Assembly (NCBI GenBank): GCA_031553915.1
Contig: JAVBKT010000017.1
Span: 6,357 to 70,356 of the forward strand
Direction of reading: 5' to 3'
Origin: Bacillota bacterium
GTDB lineage: Bacteria; Bacillota; Dehalobacteriia; UBA4068
DNA: 64,000 nt
The position numbers and the translations under genes were made by a program. The first letter of the stretch is position 1; every line of letters begins with the position of its first letter. This document shows, piece after piece, positions 63,930 to 64,000 of this stretch. The notes below the pieces were generated by a model, which was not told where the DNA came from, did not search any database, and saw only the letters and a list, made by a program, of their open reading frames with translations.

Positions 63930-64000
63930 ATGTATCAACAAAAAAGGAATCATAGCATAATATTTGCAGCTAATATATTGGATGAAACCAAAACATATAG

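Overview
Chromosomal window from an anaerobic Firmicute (Clostridia-like, judged from CtsR, Firmicute-type SOS boxes, yneA and AGGAGG RBSs). The left half is mostly + strand: ctsR-clpC, pcrA-ligA-hypABFCDE and a 12-gene membrane-bound group 4 [NiFe]-hydrogenase operon. The right half is mostly - strand: miaB, recJ, secFD-yajC, tRNA-Trp, Mn-export genes with a yybP-ykoY riboswitch, two-component genes, ferritin, thioredoxin and tmRNA. The main find is a ~3.4 kb integrated ssDNA microvirus (Gokushovirinae-like) remnant at ~31490-34873, where gene orientation switches. It carries VP1, a 28-aa membrane peptide, VP2, an origin-like hairpin and VP4. Its right end is a canonical-looking dif site (AACGCCGATAA-TATATA-TTATGTTGAGT) lying inside the Rep reading frame. 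Its left end is deleted, so a 5'-truncated but open capsid gene starts 16 bp after yneA, downstream of a LexA-boxed consensus promoter. A second find is a radical SAM gene divergently paired with an apparent Cys-motif-less paralog. All calls come from reading motifs by eye; no searches were run.
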